A stretch of DNA of 64,000 bases, from NCBI GenBank assembly GCA_964016885.1, contig OZ024758.1, positions 7,750,001-7,814,000 on the forward strand, given 5' to 3'. The notes under the pieces were generated by a model, which made no database searches, had not been told where the DNA came from, and was given only the letters and a program-made list of their open reading frames with translations. Shown here in pieces: positions 1 through 14,774 of this stretch. Source of the DNA: Eledone cirrhosa. Taxonomy: Eukaryota. The number at the start of each line of letters is the position of its first letter. Position 1 is the stretch's first letter. The translations under genes were made by a program, and so were the position numbers.

Positions 1-594
1 TTATTTATAAAAAGGTTCTTTAGTTCTTAGATTAAAGTCTACAGATTGTGTATGTCTTAGGAATGTATGGTCAAGTAGGTAGTGTGAATTATCAGCTTAC
101 AACCAAAACTCTTTAATCATTTCCTTCATCTAGTTGAAATTCATAATTTGGAAATGGCAACTACTTTAAGTTATGTCAGGGAAAATATGTGTTTCACAGG
201 AAAACAGTTCTGAAAGCCAAGTGGATTGTTATTTATGTTTCATATATATATATCATCATCACCGTTTTACGTCCGTTCTTCCATGCTATATATATATAAA
301 GTACCAAACCCACACCGTAAAGTGGTCATGTGGGCGTCATGACAAAAGGTTCCTAGTCCACACTGTAAAGTAGTCATGTAGGTGTCAAAACAAAAAGCAC
401 CCAGTACTCACTGTAAATGTGGTTGGTGTTAGGAAGGGCATCCAGCCATAGAAACCAAGCCAAATTTAGTTCTGTATAAGCAAAACATGCTCATCTGACC
501 TGGCTTGTATCACAACGGGACAACTCATCTAACCCATGCTAGCATGGAAAATGGACATTAAACGGTAATGATGATGATATACATACATACATAT

Positions 595-920
595 CATCAT
601 CATCATTTCATTTTACGTCTGCTTTTTCCCGGCTTGCAAGGGTGGGACGGGAACCGATTCTGGCTTGATTTCTACAGCTGGATGCCCTTCCTAACACCAA
701 CCTCATTTACAGTGAGTGCTGGGTGCTTTTTTGCCGTGGCGCCTCCACGACCACTTTGCAGTGGAATGATATGAACCCCAGTCCCTATCATCTCATTTCT
801 ACAGCTGAGTAAACTGGAGCAATGTGAAATAAAGTCTCTTGCTCAAGGAAACCACACATCACCCGGTCTGTTTCCTTGAGCAAGACACTTTATTTCACAT
901 TGCTCCAGTTTACTCAGCTG
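595..920 (-). mobile_element. Same SINE, 5'-truncated with an internal fold-back (802-920)
   Basis: Matches 13519-13787, then restarts in the opposite orientation. Tail-only copy at 24968-25168. Confidence 0.8.
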
Positions 921-3716
921 AGGGTGGGCTGAAAAGCTCATAGGCTGACTACGAAAGAGTGATGCTAAAGTTATGAAATCTTGCATGCATTAGTTTCAAC
1001 TTTTCATATTAATAACTGCCTTGTTCCTTTCTAGGGACTATGTTGAAAAATAAACATCATTTGGTTATTCCATGAGAGTATCTTGGTCAGCTTATCAGCA
1101 AACCCTTGTATATACATTTAAACTTCAAAAGAATCTGATGCCATTTCCCATCTACTTGGTGACTGACATCCAGGGGGTATGTGATATGTGAGAATTAAAC
1201 GGGGAAAAAAATGGAAGTTTTTCTTCTTACATAATGTTTGTTTTTCAATTATTATCAATATAATTCATAAAGACTGTTTAAATGTTTTCTTGGTGTATGA
1301 ATTTAAACAACAGATTATAGATTTATTAGGATCTCTGAACTAGTTGCACATTAAATTGCCTATTTCCATTAATATTTTAAATGTTGTGTATATGTGTGAG
1401 TGTGTATGTGAGTGTGCTGTCACTTGGTCTAAAGTGTCAGGGTCAAGAGGGAGCAAGACATTGAAGGAAGTCAAGCTTTTGTTCATTTCCTTTCCATTAA
1501 CCTATGTGTAGCCAGAAATACCAACTTGAAGTTGTCATTTTGTTCTCAGGTTCTTCTTCCTTTGTCATTCAGCCTCCTACCCCCACCCGTATTCACATTT
1601 ACTTAGATTCCATTTAAAGTCAACAAAATTAGGAATATCTTCTATACCATATTCTTCTGTGTATAATGTGGTCCCCTTTTTGACCAGAAAAATGTCTGGA
1701 AAAGCCTAGTTTTGATATATAAACATTTAGTTATGGTGTATACTGTGCATCACCGAAACAAACAAAGAAAAAGTGTAAAACAACTGTGCTGTATAAATGG
1801 GAGAATATGATAGCAGACAAGAAATACTGGTATTATGGGCACAAGTATGGTTGCATGATTAGTTTCATTATAACTGAGGTTTAATGACACTGATCAGAAC
1901 ATTTGACATGCATATCTTATATATGGTTGACCAAAGCCTTGTGAGTGGAAGCCTGATATTTGGTGATCAACTTAATCCATTGACCAGTTTTAACACCTGC
2001 ACCTGCTTCAGTTCTAAGCATTTGAACCAGGTCTGCTTACCTTTTTCTAACAGTTTGCGAGACCCTACAAAAGACCTTTGGTGTTGAAATTCAACCGATG
2101 ATTAGGCCATACTTCTAACCAAAAGTTTTCCTAGTAATTAGTAAACTAATCTTAAATTAATATGTTTATGACTTAATGTTTTATCAACCTGACAGAGAGA
2201 AAATTTCAATAAATTTTTCTCGTTATTAAAAAGTAACTCACATTAACATTCATAAATAAAAGATTCATTAAATTCTGAACAACCATTGAGAAAAGAAGCA
2301 AACTACCTTGAATAATTTATAAAATTGTGGAACCAATAACTCAGAAATCCATTTGGAATTATAAGAGAAATCTAATTAGACATTGATCAATTAATTATAA
2401 GCACTGCAACCTAATCAATAACCACAAGGATCTCATTCAAAATTCTGGTCTCTATTATATATGTAATAGCTGATGTGGACATAGGCATGGCTGAGTGGTT
2501 CAGATGTTTGCTTCACAATCATAAGGTTACAGGTTTAATCCCCCTGCATAGCAGCCATCCTTTACCATAGCCAAGGGCTGACCGCATGGACGTGTGTTAG
2601 ATTGTAGCTGTAATGCAAAGGTCCAGCTTTATAATATATTGTATCACACTGATTGGGTTGGCCATTACTGTACATACTCAAATATAAACTAAGGAATATG
2701 TGACCCCCCAAAAAAATCGATGATAGAGGGGGGTGGTCAGTTTAATCTGGGGTCAATATTTTGATGATTTTCACCAACATCAAATTCTACATAAATAAGG
2801 TTTGGATTTTTGCCCATTTTTCAGACATAAAACAGTGGGGGGTCAGGTTATATTTGAATATATATATGGTACATTAATGGCATGCAAGTCTGTGGTATAC
2901 TCAGCCACGTACATGTTAATTAAATGAGTTACTATATATTTACAGTCGATCGACTTTCGACAAATTGGACTGAGGAAACAATGTTTCTGCTGGTCTTTCC
3001 AATTGCTAATGCTATCTATCGGTCACACTGCCAAGTAGAAGGAGCAATGTGAAATAAAGTGTCTTGCTCAAGGACATAACGCATTGCCCGGTCCAGGAAT
3101 CGAACTCACAACCTCACAATTGCGAATCCAATTCTCTTACCAATCAGCCACGCGCCTTCTTACTATATATACTAGAATATAAGCTGAGAGATATGTAGTG
3201 AAAAGATTGATAGTAGATAGGGGTCAGCATATATTCGGAGTCAATAGGGAAAGATGCGAGAAAAATGTTCTTGCTTTAGATTGCTTTACTAGGAATCTAC
3301 CCTTAGGTGACTTTGTGTAAGTTATTCTATGCGTATATATCGACAGGCGATTGACTTTCATCAAATTGGACCGAGGAAACAATGTTTCCATTGGGCTTTC
3401 CAATTTCTAATACTATCTATCGGTCGCAAATCCAGGTAGAAGGAGCAACGTGAAATAAAGTGTCTTTCTCAATGATACGCCATTCAGTCTGAGAATCGAA
3501 CTCACAACCTCAGGATTGTGAATCCAAATCTCTAACCACTCAACCACATGCCTACCCATACATATATATATAAACATGTATATATAATGCACTGAAACAT
3601 CTGTGATCCGTAGTAAACAACTGATGAAGGGAAAATGTTCATCTCTAGTTGTGTCCCTTTACTTTCTAACACTCGTTATCAGTAACCACACAGCCTCGTC
3701 CCTCTCAACCCATATA

Positions 3717-3747
<31 letters not shown>

Positions 3748-4506
3748 ATGTGTGTATGTGTGCGTGTGTGTGTGTGTATGTATATATATATATGTGTGTG
3801 TGGCATCATTATCATTTTACATCCGCTTTTCCCTGCTTGCAAGGGTTGGACAGATCCTATTCAGCACAGCATCTCTCCACTTGTCATGGTCCTTCGTCAT
3901 CTCCTCCGTGAGCTTCAGCGATCTGTTGTCCGCTCTCACCACCTCCGCCCATGTTTTTCGTGGTCTTCCTCTACCACGTCTTCCGTCTACTGGCATTTCT
4001 TGGCACTTCTTTATGTATATATATATATCATCATCATCATCGTTTAACGTCCATCTTCCACGTTTGCATGGGTTTGGACGGGAATTTTCCCACTTGAGGC
4101 AAGATTGGTTGTCTTGCTCGTATAGGACTGTCTGGCGAGTTTTCTAGATGCCCTTCTTAACACCAACCACGTTTATATATATATATATATATACCCGTCT
4201 AACCCATGCTAGCGTCGAAGATGGACCAAATGTTAATAACCTCAGGTAAGTAAACTAATATATTTCCTCCATGTACTGTGTTGTTTGTTATTTCTGTTTA
4301 CCTTTTACATACATGCATAGATACATACATATATATATGCATAAATATATACATATATATATATATATATATTATGTATCTACCTAAATGTTCTAAATGA
4401 CTAGGATTTTAATCACCGATGATTCCAGACTTACCTCTGGAAGAAACAGTTGTCAGCAAATAAATGTATTAAACTAAGATTTGATTGTTTTAACACTTTG
4501 TATATG

Positions 4507-4538
<32 letters not shown>

Positions 4539-4650
4539 AGCCGAGGCAGCCAACATTGCCCAGGTGCTGAGTATTTAGAAACAATTTTTATTTGTTAAAC
4601 TTAAATTATTTAATTCATAGCGAGGTTTTTATATATTTGCCTATATTATT

Positions 4651-4846
4651 TTAACCCTTTAGCATTCACATTACTCTATATATACTATTGTATTTTCATG
4701 GTAAATGCTTTATCTCACATAATATGAAATTTTGAAAGTATTTATTTTGAGATCAATACCTTAACATCAGTTTGAGCAACCAGTTACAGCCAGTTTCAAC
4801 AGTAGAAGGTAGAGAATTCTGGTCGGTTTGAACATTAAAGGGTTAA
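4651..4846. mobile_element. piggyBac-like MITE (TTAA-CCCTTT...AAAGGG-TTAA), family 1
   Basis: TTAA on both flanks and CCC/GGG termini. Copies at 15426-15641, 26395-26574 and 56231-56435. Confidence 0.75.
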
Positions 4847-5104
4847 TGCAGATACAACTGTAAAGTTCAATTGTTTACAGGCTTTTATGACATGTGAAGA
4901 TTTTGTAAATGTATTTTTATTGTTAATTTAAATTTTGAGATTTTAAAAACAATTACTTTTTTTTTTCAACTTTCTATAGTTTCTTGTAATTTTAAATTGA
5001 TATGCAACACCAGACACTGGAGAAGCACAAAGAAAGAGGCAGCACTTGATGGAAAACTCTAGAACTGATGTCCAATGTGCAAACATGCATAGGATGGACA
5101 GATA

Positions 5105-5450
5105 GACTGACTGATATGTGAGAGAGAGATATGGGAAAGAGATGGGGAGAGAGATGGAGAGATGGAGGGAGAGATGGGAGAGAGAGAATGAGATGGAGGG
5201 AGAGAGAGTGAGAGATGGGAGAGAGAGAGAGAGAGATGGGAGAGAGAGAGAGAGATGGAGGGAGAGAGAGTGAGAGACAAAGAGAGAGAGAGATGGAAGG
5301 AAAGAGACTGAGATGGAGGTAGAGAGAGAGAGATATAGAAAAGAAAGAGAGAGATATAGAAAAGAAAGAGAGAGAGAGTGAGATGGGAAGAGAAAGAGGG
5401 AGAGAGGTGAGAGAGATGGAGAGAGAGAGAAAGGAAAACTTGGAGAGAGA
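5105..5450. repeat. GA-rich polypurine low-complexity tract
   Basis: gagagatggga-type repeats. Confidence 0.9.
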
Positions 5451-6154
5451 AATTTAGTAACTGAAGGAGAAAGGAAAGAGAAGAGCTTGCAAAGATCATT
5501 GGTCTTTCGTCACCCTCCTGCTGCTAAATGAAGAACAAAACAAAATAAAACTAAATCAATAACAAAAATCCTGAGTACATTTTACAGTCATTCAACATTT
5601 GTAAGAGAATGAAAAATTAAATTAATTTTTTTAAAAAGACTAATCCAAGATCGAACCCCCTACCCTAACCACCACCCCACAAATTTACATATTTAATCAT
5701 GACTGGTGAGAAAGTTGATTTTACTAAATACCATCAGATTGTTGATTATTTTCAAAATAAATTTAAACACTGTGTTTTATTAGAAATAAGATAACAAAAG
5801 AATTAAGTAGAGAGCTATAGTCCATGTTATCATGAAATGGTTGGTCATGTAGGTTACATGTAGAGTTACTGATAGAATATTTTGTGGAATAATTGCAGTG
5901 AAAATAGAAAGAATGTTGCATTCAGCAACTATCTTGATTGTTTGCAATTTGTTAGGAGATGCTTGTTGGTAAGCCTTCAAAAAAATTTGACCTAGCATAG
6001 TTACTGATGTTAAGATGAGCTGATGAGAGATTATTCTAGGTGGTTGCTTGACCTGCTAGGAATAGCATCTAAGTAACCTTCAAATACCATCCTACCATCT
6101 TAGAAAAGAATATTAGATAATGTGGTCCTAGGTTCTCTAATCTGGAGCTATAAA

Positions 6155-6412
6155 CAACAAGGTTGTATTGGAAAGATTGACAAAACCTGGTGGCCCTGAG
6201 TGGTTTTCTGACCTAAGGCTAAACAGCATTAACAAGACGGGTGTATTGGAAAGATTGACAAAACCTGGTGGCTCTGAGTGGTTTTCTGACCTAAGGCTAA
6301 ACAGCATTAACAAGACGGGTGTATTGGAAAGATTGACAAAACCTGGTGGCCCTGAGTGGTTTTCTGACCTAAGGCTAAACAGCATTAATAAGGCTGTATT
6401 GGAAAGATTGAA
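6155..6412. repeat. 78-bp tandem repeat, ~3.3 copies
   Basis: gtattggaaagattgacaaaacctggtgg.. recurs at 6165, 6243, 6321 and 6397; a diverged fifth unit lies near 6510-6570. Confidence 0.9.
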
Positions 6413-9256
6413 AAAAAAAACTTGATGGCCCTGCGTTCTCTGCATATACGAAAAAAAAAATGGATTGGTAGTAGCTGAAATATCCTTCATCATACTCTGC
6501 CCTATCAGAGCTGACCTGGGACTAAACAACAGCATCAACAACAAGGCTGTATAGAAAAGATTGACAAAACTTGTATAGATCATAAGGAATTTTATATCTT
6601 GCTTGCATACCAAATGTTTTATTTCTCTTTGGATTGAAAGTTTAATGTGTCTTTCTGTGTTGAGAGAAAAACCACCGAGGGGAAAGTAGTGACTATAATT
6701 GGATTTTTAGTGTGTGAGATTTTGAATGTGACGTAAAATAAGATATTTTCTAATACAGTGGAATCTCAGTTCATGAACATAATTTTATACCATAAGGCTG
6801 TGTCATCCGAAATGTTCATAAACCGAAACTATTTGTTCCATACATAATGTTGAGAAAGAAATACAGTGAGAGAGAATAGACAAATAGATATGACCATAGT
6901 AACTAACTCCACAGCAAATGATGCTTTCCCATTGATACTTCCAGCTTGTCGCCAACCGTTGTTGCCAGCTTGCGTGTTTATTACTCGAGACACTATTTGT
7001 CATTCGAGACGTTTTATGTTCGAAAAAATTGCGAACTGATTTGTTTGTAATGAGAGGTGTTTGTGAACTGATTTGGTCATGATGAGAGGTGTTTGTGATG
7101 AGGTGTTTGTGGACTGAGGTTCATGATGAGAGGTCTTAGACGCCGGGAGATACGGTATATCATATAATCATTTCAAATTCTTTGTTATTTTCTAAATTAT
7201 TTTTATAAATCGTAGGTAATGTATTTCATTAGAAATATGATAACAAAAAGGGTTAAACTCTATTTACATAATGAAAAAGTCCATTATATAAAATCTCTCT
7301 AAATTCTTCATTATTTTAATAAGTCAATAGAAATATGATACCAAGAGGGTTAAACACCATTAATACACGTGAACACACACGTAAATGCACTTACGCATAA
7401 AATAATCTAAGAGAGTAAAATAATCTAAGAAAGAAAAAAAACATATACAAAAAGTACAAAACATACACAAAAAAGTACAGAACTGTCAAGCAATGAATTA
7501 GGAGGAGGAGAGCATTTGTAGTAAGAAGAGGGGCCATATGAGGTCAGTTAGTACACACAGCATGTTACAGTGCTGAAAAAAAAAATAATTGTTGCTTTAG
7601 AATCAGGAATAAATAAAAACTAGCCAGCATAAAAAATAAATGAACATGCCTTATGGAGTTGTCTAATTTAATAGCATTGTTATAGAGTAAACTAATGAGT
7701 GTGATTGTACACATGTAGTTTATGAACAGGTGTATGAACATTCCAAGCTTATGGATACATATGTACCTGCATTTTGATGTTGCTTGGTTTTGTAATAAAT
7801 ATATAAGCTTTACCATCATTAAGAACATGGCTGTACTTAGAACTCTCTAAAAGCATCTGTGGTATTTTTATATTCACTCCACACCACCCCCCTCCTACAG
7901 ATCTCTACATTATTACCTCTAACACTTGTAAATTCTTAAGATTAGACTTTAAAAAAGGGGCTGTCTCCCCTTTGCACCCCTATATATAAGTGTATCTGAC
8001 AGACAGAGAAACAGGTCTTCTTTTATAATATAGATTAGCAGATGAGATATCGTTGATACAATTACTGTTGCTTACTTTTACTTATCACATATACTTGTAT
8101 AAAAGCCGAGAAATATGTGATGGGAAAAAAAAAAGAAAAAAAAAAAAAATCGATGGCAAAATGGGGGTTGACTGATATTCGAGGTCAATGTTTTGCTGAT
8201 TTTCACCAACTTCAAAATCCTATGTAAATGAGGTGATAAAACATTTTCTGCTTTTGAGGTGAATATTACACTGGTTTCGCATTGGAGGTAAATATGAAAC
8301 TGGTTTTACTTTGGAGGTGAATATTACATTGGTTTCAACGTGAAATTTGTATTTCCTACTGTTTTTTTTTTATATCTTTTGAATTAATATAACCTTCAAA
8401 ATGGTCAGAATTTGGTAAAAAATCATTAACTAATGGAGTTGTGAAACAAAAACTACACTCTAAACAACACTTAAACCATTTTAAATATCAAAATATCAAA
8501 ACTTCATAAATATATTCTCCATTCATGAGAATTTCAAAACAGCACTATATCTAAACATAATATGTTGATTAGCTGTCTTGGCTTATAAACGGGATTTGGA
8601 CTTTTGCCTATTTCTCAGACATAAAATAGGGGTTAGCTTATATTCGAGTTTACATGGTAACGCCACATTTTAGACGAACCACATAAAATAGTTATTTTAA
8701 TGTAAATATTAACTAAGAAGTATAAAGTCCTATTAAATGGAACTTATTAAATTACCATAAATATTTGTGATAATTAACTATGTTCAGTAGTTAAAGCAAG
8801 TTGGTTGGTGAAAATGATTTATTAAAGAACAAAACAAGATCAAAGAATTAGCTAAAATGTATGGAATATATCAATAAGCAATCAAAATTAGCAGGAAAGA
8901 AAGAATACTTCCCAGATAGCTAGCAAACTAGAATTCTGAAATATCTTTAATCAATAGCTACTTTAAAGGAAAATTAGCTATTTATAAACAAGTACAAATG
9001 GTGAAACATTTTCAAGTATTAGCTAATAGGAATTTTAAAGAGAAAACGGTTTATTAGATATATTTCCAAAACTGGATGTAGTGAAACATAGTGTTGTTGT
9101 TGTTGTTAATTTTAGTTTATTTTTGCAGATATCAAAAAAGAAATTATTTAAAGTATGAATGACTTGGTAAACTGAATTTTATACAACAGTTTAAAAATGA
9201 ATATCCATATAAACATAATGTTTAGATGAATCAAAATACATATATGTGTGAATATA

Positions 9257-9297
<41 letters not shown>

Positions 9298-10399
9298 ACC
9301 TATCACTGTGTATTTTAAATGACATACATAAAAGTATATATGTGTGAATATACTGATAGCTATACAAACATCTATCACTGTACATAAAAACATATTTGTG
9401 AGAGTATGAATATTGTAATACCACTATTATTTAGAAACCATTACTAAGAATTAAGTTGCTAAAACTTTAACTTAAAACAATACAAATATTAAATTATTAT
9501 ACGAGGATTGCCTGACTACAAAGAAGTGATGTTGTTTTTACATAAAAGAGGAAAAACATCACAGTTGGTTCCAGAATGCCTCTTGCTAGTAATAACTGAA
9601 CCCTTTGGAAATTTTACATTGTATATATGTATATATATATCATCAACATCATCATCATCATCGTTTAACGTCCATATTCCACGCTTGCATGGGTTTGGAT
9701 GGGAGTTTTCCCACTAGAGGCAAGATTGGTTGTCTTGCTCGTATAGGACTGTCTAGCGGGTTTTCTATGGCTGGATGCCCTTCCTAACACCAACCACATT
9801 TACAGTGTGGACTGGGAGGTTTTTACCGTGCTACCTACACGGCCACATTACAGCGTGGACTGTGTGTTTTTTTGTTGTGACACCTACACGACCTCATTTG
9901 TTTCAGACTGGATGTTGTGGTACCAACATAACTTTACATTGAAAGGGGTGGTGTGGATGGGGTGGGGCTAGTGGGACGGGGGTGTATTTTTGTTAGAGGT
10001 GCCTACTGACTGTAGTAGGTTTCACTTTGTACTTAGGTAAGGCGGGTCTTCTGTATTACTGTGTAGCACCAAAGATCTCGGTCCAGTGACATTGTCTTGG
10101 AGAGGTGTAAGTGAGTAATTAGAAAATGTGAAGTAGTTGCAAATGTTAAAGTCCTTTATTGATAAGGCTGTGATACATATTTCAATGACAGTGGCCACAT
10201 AATTCCATGCAACCAGATCCATGATCTCATCAGACAGCTTCATTACATAATAAGGTTACATTCTACAGGCAATCCAAACTAAAACGACAAGGGAACGGAC
10301 AAAGATGATGTTTATGAAGCCTATATATATATATGTGAAATCCATGCAAGCATGGAAAAGTAGTCGTAAAAACGATGATGATGATATTTATATATATAT

Positions 10400-10600
10400 A
10401 TGAGGTTCAGCTTAAAACTTCATAGGCTGACTATGAATGAGTGATGCTAAGGCTGGGAAATCTTGCATGCATTAATTTCAACTCTTCTTATTAATAAATG
10501 CATTGTTTCTTTCCAGGAACTATATTGAAAAATAAACTTCATTTGGTCATTCCATGAGAGTATCTTGGTCAGCCTATGAACTTTTCAACTGACTATCTTA
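10400..10600. mobile_element. Mariner-derived MITE family
   Basis: TIRs ..aaaa[g]ttcataggctgac / gtcagcctatgaacttttc. Copies at 919-1110, 26575-26680, 44965-45122 and 60292-60455. Confidence 0.7.
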
Positions 10601-11776
10601 TATTGAATTAATATGAAGTTTCCAGTTTTCCTCAGCAGCTTAACTCTTAACAATATTTGGAAAAATCCCATTTTACTTGGATTTTTATCCAATTAAGTGA
10701 AGATTTAAAAACGAGAAGGAAACTACTTTAATGATCTGATTTATAATGTTAGCAATTCAATAATGAAAAAAAAAAAAGATGAAAATACCTTCAGTAAACT
10801 CTAAACAATCATTAAATAATAGAGAAACTTATCATATGATTATTCACTTAAAATATATATTTAGAATATACGCCGAAAGTCAAATAGCATCAACTCACTC
10901 CTTGGGGAAAAGCAAACAAAATTCCTCAAACTAATTAATAGCTATATTATCATTACCATAAAGAATATCAAAAATACATTATGAATGAAAGGTGTCATAC
11001 ATATTATTGCAAATCAAATTTATAGTGAGAGTGCAATATTGTATTAACATATATATTGAATTAGAACTTGGAAACACAAAAGCTCAAAAATAAAATGGTG
11101 TAAAAATAGTACACTAGAGTAGACTAGGTATGCAAATTAGCCAATATTTTTATATTTTATTTTTACAAAAGTCAATAAACATCTTATATGATAGTAGACA
11201 GTGACTGAAGAAAATATTAAACTAATTCAGTCTTTCTATTATATTACAGAATAATATTGGTTGTAGACTATTAGAATGATAAAAAGAATTTTAAAAATCC
11301 AAGAAATTAAAAAATTGGTTAAAAACAAAATAAATTTCAGTTTTACGAGTAATTTAGATTTTAGTAGGGGGTTAACTTTTGTCAAAAGAAAGGTTTAGCT
11401 GTGCCATGAAAGAATTACCTTATATAATATTTGTAAAACAGAAATAAAATTTACTATAAAACAAGAGATAGAGCTTTAACCCTTTCATCACTGCATTTCT
11501 GAAGAAATACAATCTATTTTAATTAGTTAAAGAATTTTGAGGTATATACTAAAATTATTAATTATTTCATTACTAAGATAGTAATTTAATGTAAGGTTCT
11601 TATATAAAATTATGTTAGAAGATTTTTATTTTAATTTGAAACTTTTGAAATGGATGGTTTTATTTCATTGAACCAGAGCTGGTTTTGGCTGGGTTGGTAA
11701 CAAAAGGGTCAGAGAGCAGTCAACTAGCGAGCCTTTGCTCTGTCAAATGACCTACTAGAAATAACTACCAAATTTG

Positions 11777-11996
11777 TTAACCCTTTCATGACTGCATTTC
11801 TAATGAAATACACTCTATTTTAATAAGTTAATGAAGAATTTTGAGGTATATACTAAAATTATTAATTATTTCATTACTACAATATATATAAAATTATGTT
11901 GGAAGATTTTGATTTGAATTGGAAACCTGTAAAATAGGTAATTTTATTTCATAGAACCCGAACTGATTCTGGCTGGGTTTGTAACCTAAGGGTTAA
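11777..11996. mobile_element. piggyBac-like MITE, family 2
   Basis: ttaaccctttc...taagggttaa. Copies at 11476-11710, 47683-47916, 61275-61514 and 63037-63140. Confidence 0.7.
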
Positions 11997-12285
11997 CTGA
12001 TTTTTCTGCACATTTGACATGAATTGATCAATTTCCATGAAGAAAAATTAGTTGAACGTGTTTCTTTTATGTATAGGAAACATCTAATTTCCTCTGTAAC
12101 TGTTGACTGAATTAAAAAAGTGACAGTTAAACACCTAGGTTAACCTATTCTAAGGTTTTGTACAAATGGGTGTATATTCCTACCAACTCCTTTTAAATAT
12201 TAATCAGTATTGAACATTTAACATTTCTGGGCTATCAATTTAGTTCTGCCACCACTTAGTGTTCAAAGAGGAAAATCAATTTCCA

Positions 12286-12625
12286 CATGGCTTAGTGGTT
12301 AGAGCATTGGCCTTGCAATCGAAAGGTTGTGAGTTCAATTCTCAGACCGGGTGATGTGTTGTTTCCTTGAGCAAGACACTTTATTTCACATTGCTCCAAT
12401 TTACTCAGCTGTAGAAATGAGATGATAGGACTGGGGTCCCTATCATTCCACTGCAAAGTGGTCGTGAAGGTGCCACGGCAAAAAAGCACCCAGCACTCAC
12501 TGTAAATGAGGTTGGTGTTAGGAAGGGCATCCAGCTGTAGAAATCAAGCCAGAATCAGTTCCCGTCCCACCCTTGCAAGCAGGGAAAAAGCGGACGTAAA
12601 AATGAAATGATGATGAATGATGATA
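12286..12625 (+). mobile_element. Full-length tRNA-derived SINE (A/B boxes, CORE-like centre, RTE-like tail ending in (ATG)n)
   Basis: A box tggcttagtgg 12288-98, B box gagttcaattc 12331-41, ccttgagcaagacacttta core, atgatga tail. Confidence 0.85.
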
Positions 12626-12631
12626 TATAAA

Positions 12632-12980
12632 GGGTAAGGGTAAAGACCCTGTTTGGTCACGAATGACTATGGGATTTGCACCTAGAAAGTTCCCCCCTGA
12701 GGCACAAGTTCACACAGCTGTAGAAATGAGTTGTGATGTCACTAGTACCAAGCTGTATCGGCCACTGCCTTTCCCTTGAACAACATCGATGGCATGGAGA
12801 GGGGGAGACCGGTATGCAAGGGCAACAGCTGGTCTTCCACAAACAACCTAAAGCTGTGTGAACTGAAGCAATGTGAAATAAAGTGTCTTGCTGAAGAACA
12901 CAACACAAAACCTGGTCCGAGAATCGAACTCACAACCTCATGATTGTAAGCCCGACACTCTAACCACTAAGCCTTGTGTC
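12632..12980 (-). mobile_element. tRNA-derived SINE, related subfamily with a different 3' tail
   Basis: gaatcgaactc (reverse B box) and ctaaccactaagcc (reverse A box). Similar copies at 21985-22270 and 48237-48550; head-only copies at 2945-3160, 3345-3555 and 61835-61945. Confidence 0.8.
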
Positions 12981-13518
12981 TTCATATTATATATATAAGA
13001 TAAAACATCATGTCTCTGAGAATGTGTAGTATATATATATATATATAAATATGTACTATACATTCTCAGGGATAATATATATATATATACATATACATTC
13101 TCAGGGACATGATATATATACATATACATTCTCAGGGACATGATGTTTAATCTCCAAATATTTTATAGAATGAGTTGGTATCATGCTCATCAAGTTGGTC
13201 ACAACATCTTTAGCAATAAATATTGGCTTGCTAACATCAGTAATGACAGAAAATATTTAAAAATCAATACATTCCTGTCAGAATTGTGTTCAATACTTTC
13301 ATGGACAAAATTAACTATTTAAAATGTAGCAGAAGATGTCAGAAGATGCTAATGAATTTAGTTAGCAAATAGGACATGGTTTATATTTCATCTTTAGAGC
13401 TTCACATACTCTCAGATCTTGAATAACCCCCCCCCCCCCCACAGCTTATTAATTTTTGCTAACCTATCACCGGTGAAATGTTATTGTAAGTGATTCATAT
13501 TGAGACAGCAGCTGGAGA

Positions 13519-13838
13519 ATCATCATCATTTTACGTCCGCTTTTCCCTGCTTGCAAGGGTGGGACGGGAACTGATTCTGGCTTGATTTCTACAGCTGGAT
13601 GCCCTTCCTAACACCAACCTCATTTACAGTGAGTGCTGGGTGCTTTTTTGCCGTGGCACCTCCACGACCACTTTGCAGTGGAATGATAGGGACCCCAGTC
13701 CCTATCATCTCATTTCTACAGCTGAGTAAACTGGAGCAATGTGAAATAAAGTGTCTTGCTCAAGGAAACAACACATCACCCGGTCTGAGAATTGAACTCA
13801 CAACCTTTCGATTGCAAGGCCAATGCTCTAACCACTAA
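13519..13838 (-). mobile_element. Same SINE, near-identical inverted copy
   Basis: Reverse complement of 12292-12601. Confidence 0.85.
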
Positions 13839-14774
13839 TTTTATTTTACATTAAAAAAAACATTATATATGACAAAGAAAAGAACATTACAAGAAATCCC
13901 ACATTTACGGACATACACTGTACAATTACCGATTCCCCCCAACAATAGGTACTTTAAATGAACATACTGATATCCAAACTGTTGTTAGGAACACATTGTA
14001 ACATTTAGGCTGTACAAATTGCTATAGGTTCAGGTATGGCTGTGTGGTTAAGGAGTTTCACTAGCTACTACATGGGCTTAGGTTGAGTCCCACAATATGG
14101 CACTTTGGGTGAGTGCCTTCTAATATAGCCTTTGTTGACCAATGCTTTGAGTGAAATTTTGTAGGTGAAAATTGTGTGGAAGCCCATGATATGTATGTAT
14201 GTATATATATATAGTAAAAAAGAAAAAAAAAACAGTAGAAAATGCTAAAGGGATTTTCTCTCAGAATAACAGAAAAACATTTATTTACAAAATAAGGAAT
14301 TTCCGCATTTTTCGTACCAGTTTCAGCTTATGGGCTTCTTCATGCGACAGATGAGTATAATGAAATTAAATTGAATATTAATAAGAATATGGGGAAAAAA
14401 CTAACATGGTTTACATATATATCGAGAGAAAAGTTCACATTTTTGTTGTCTTCTGTCTTTCTTGGTGTTGACCTTAGCTGTGTCACTATTAATAGTGTAA
14501 GTAGCAGGGAAGAATCAGTTCGCTCTGTATTTAAGTATATATTTTTCATCATCATCATCATCATCATTTTATGTCCGCTTTTCCCTGCTTGCAAGGGTGG
14601 GACGGGTCTTATTCAGCACAGCATCTCTCCACTCGTCACGGTCCTTCGTCATCTCCACCGTGAGCTTCAATGATCTGAGGTCTGTTCTCACCACCTCCGC
14701 CCATGTTTTTCGTGGTCTACCTCTACCACGTCTTCCTTCAACTAGCATTTCCTGTCTGTTACTTATATATATAT

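Noticed and set aside
5059-5523. Minus-strand acceptor followed by an S/L-rich ORF
   Set aside because: ORF is the (CT)n tract; phase 1 from exon 1 stops after four codons.
12286-12350. tRNA gene
   Set aside because: A and B boxes are SINE heads continuing into core and tail; no complete cloverleaf.
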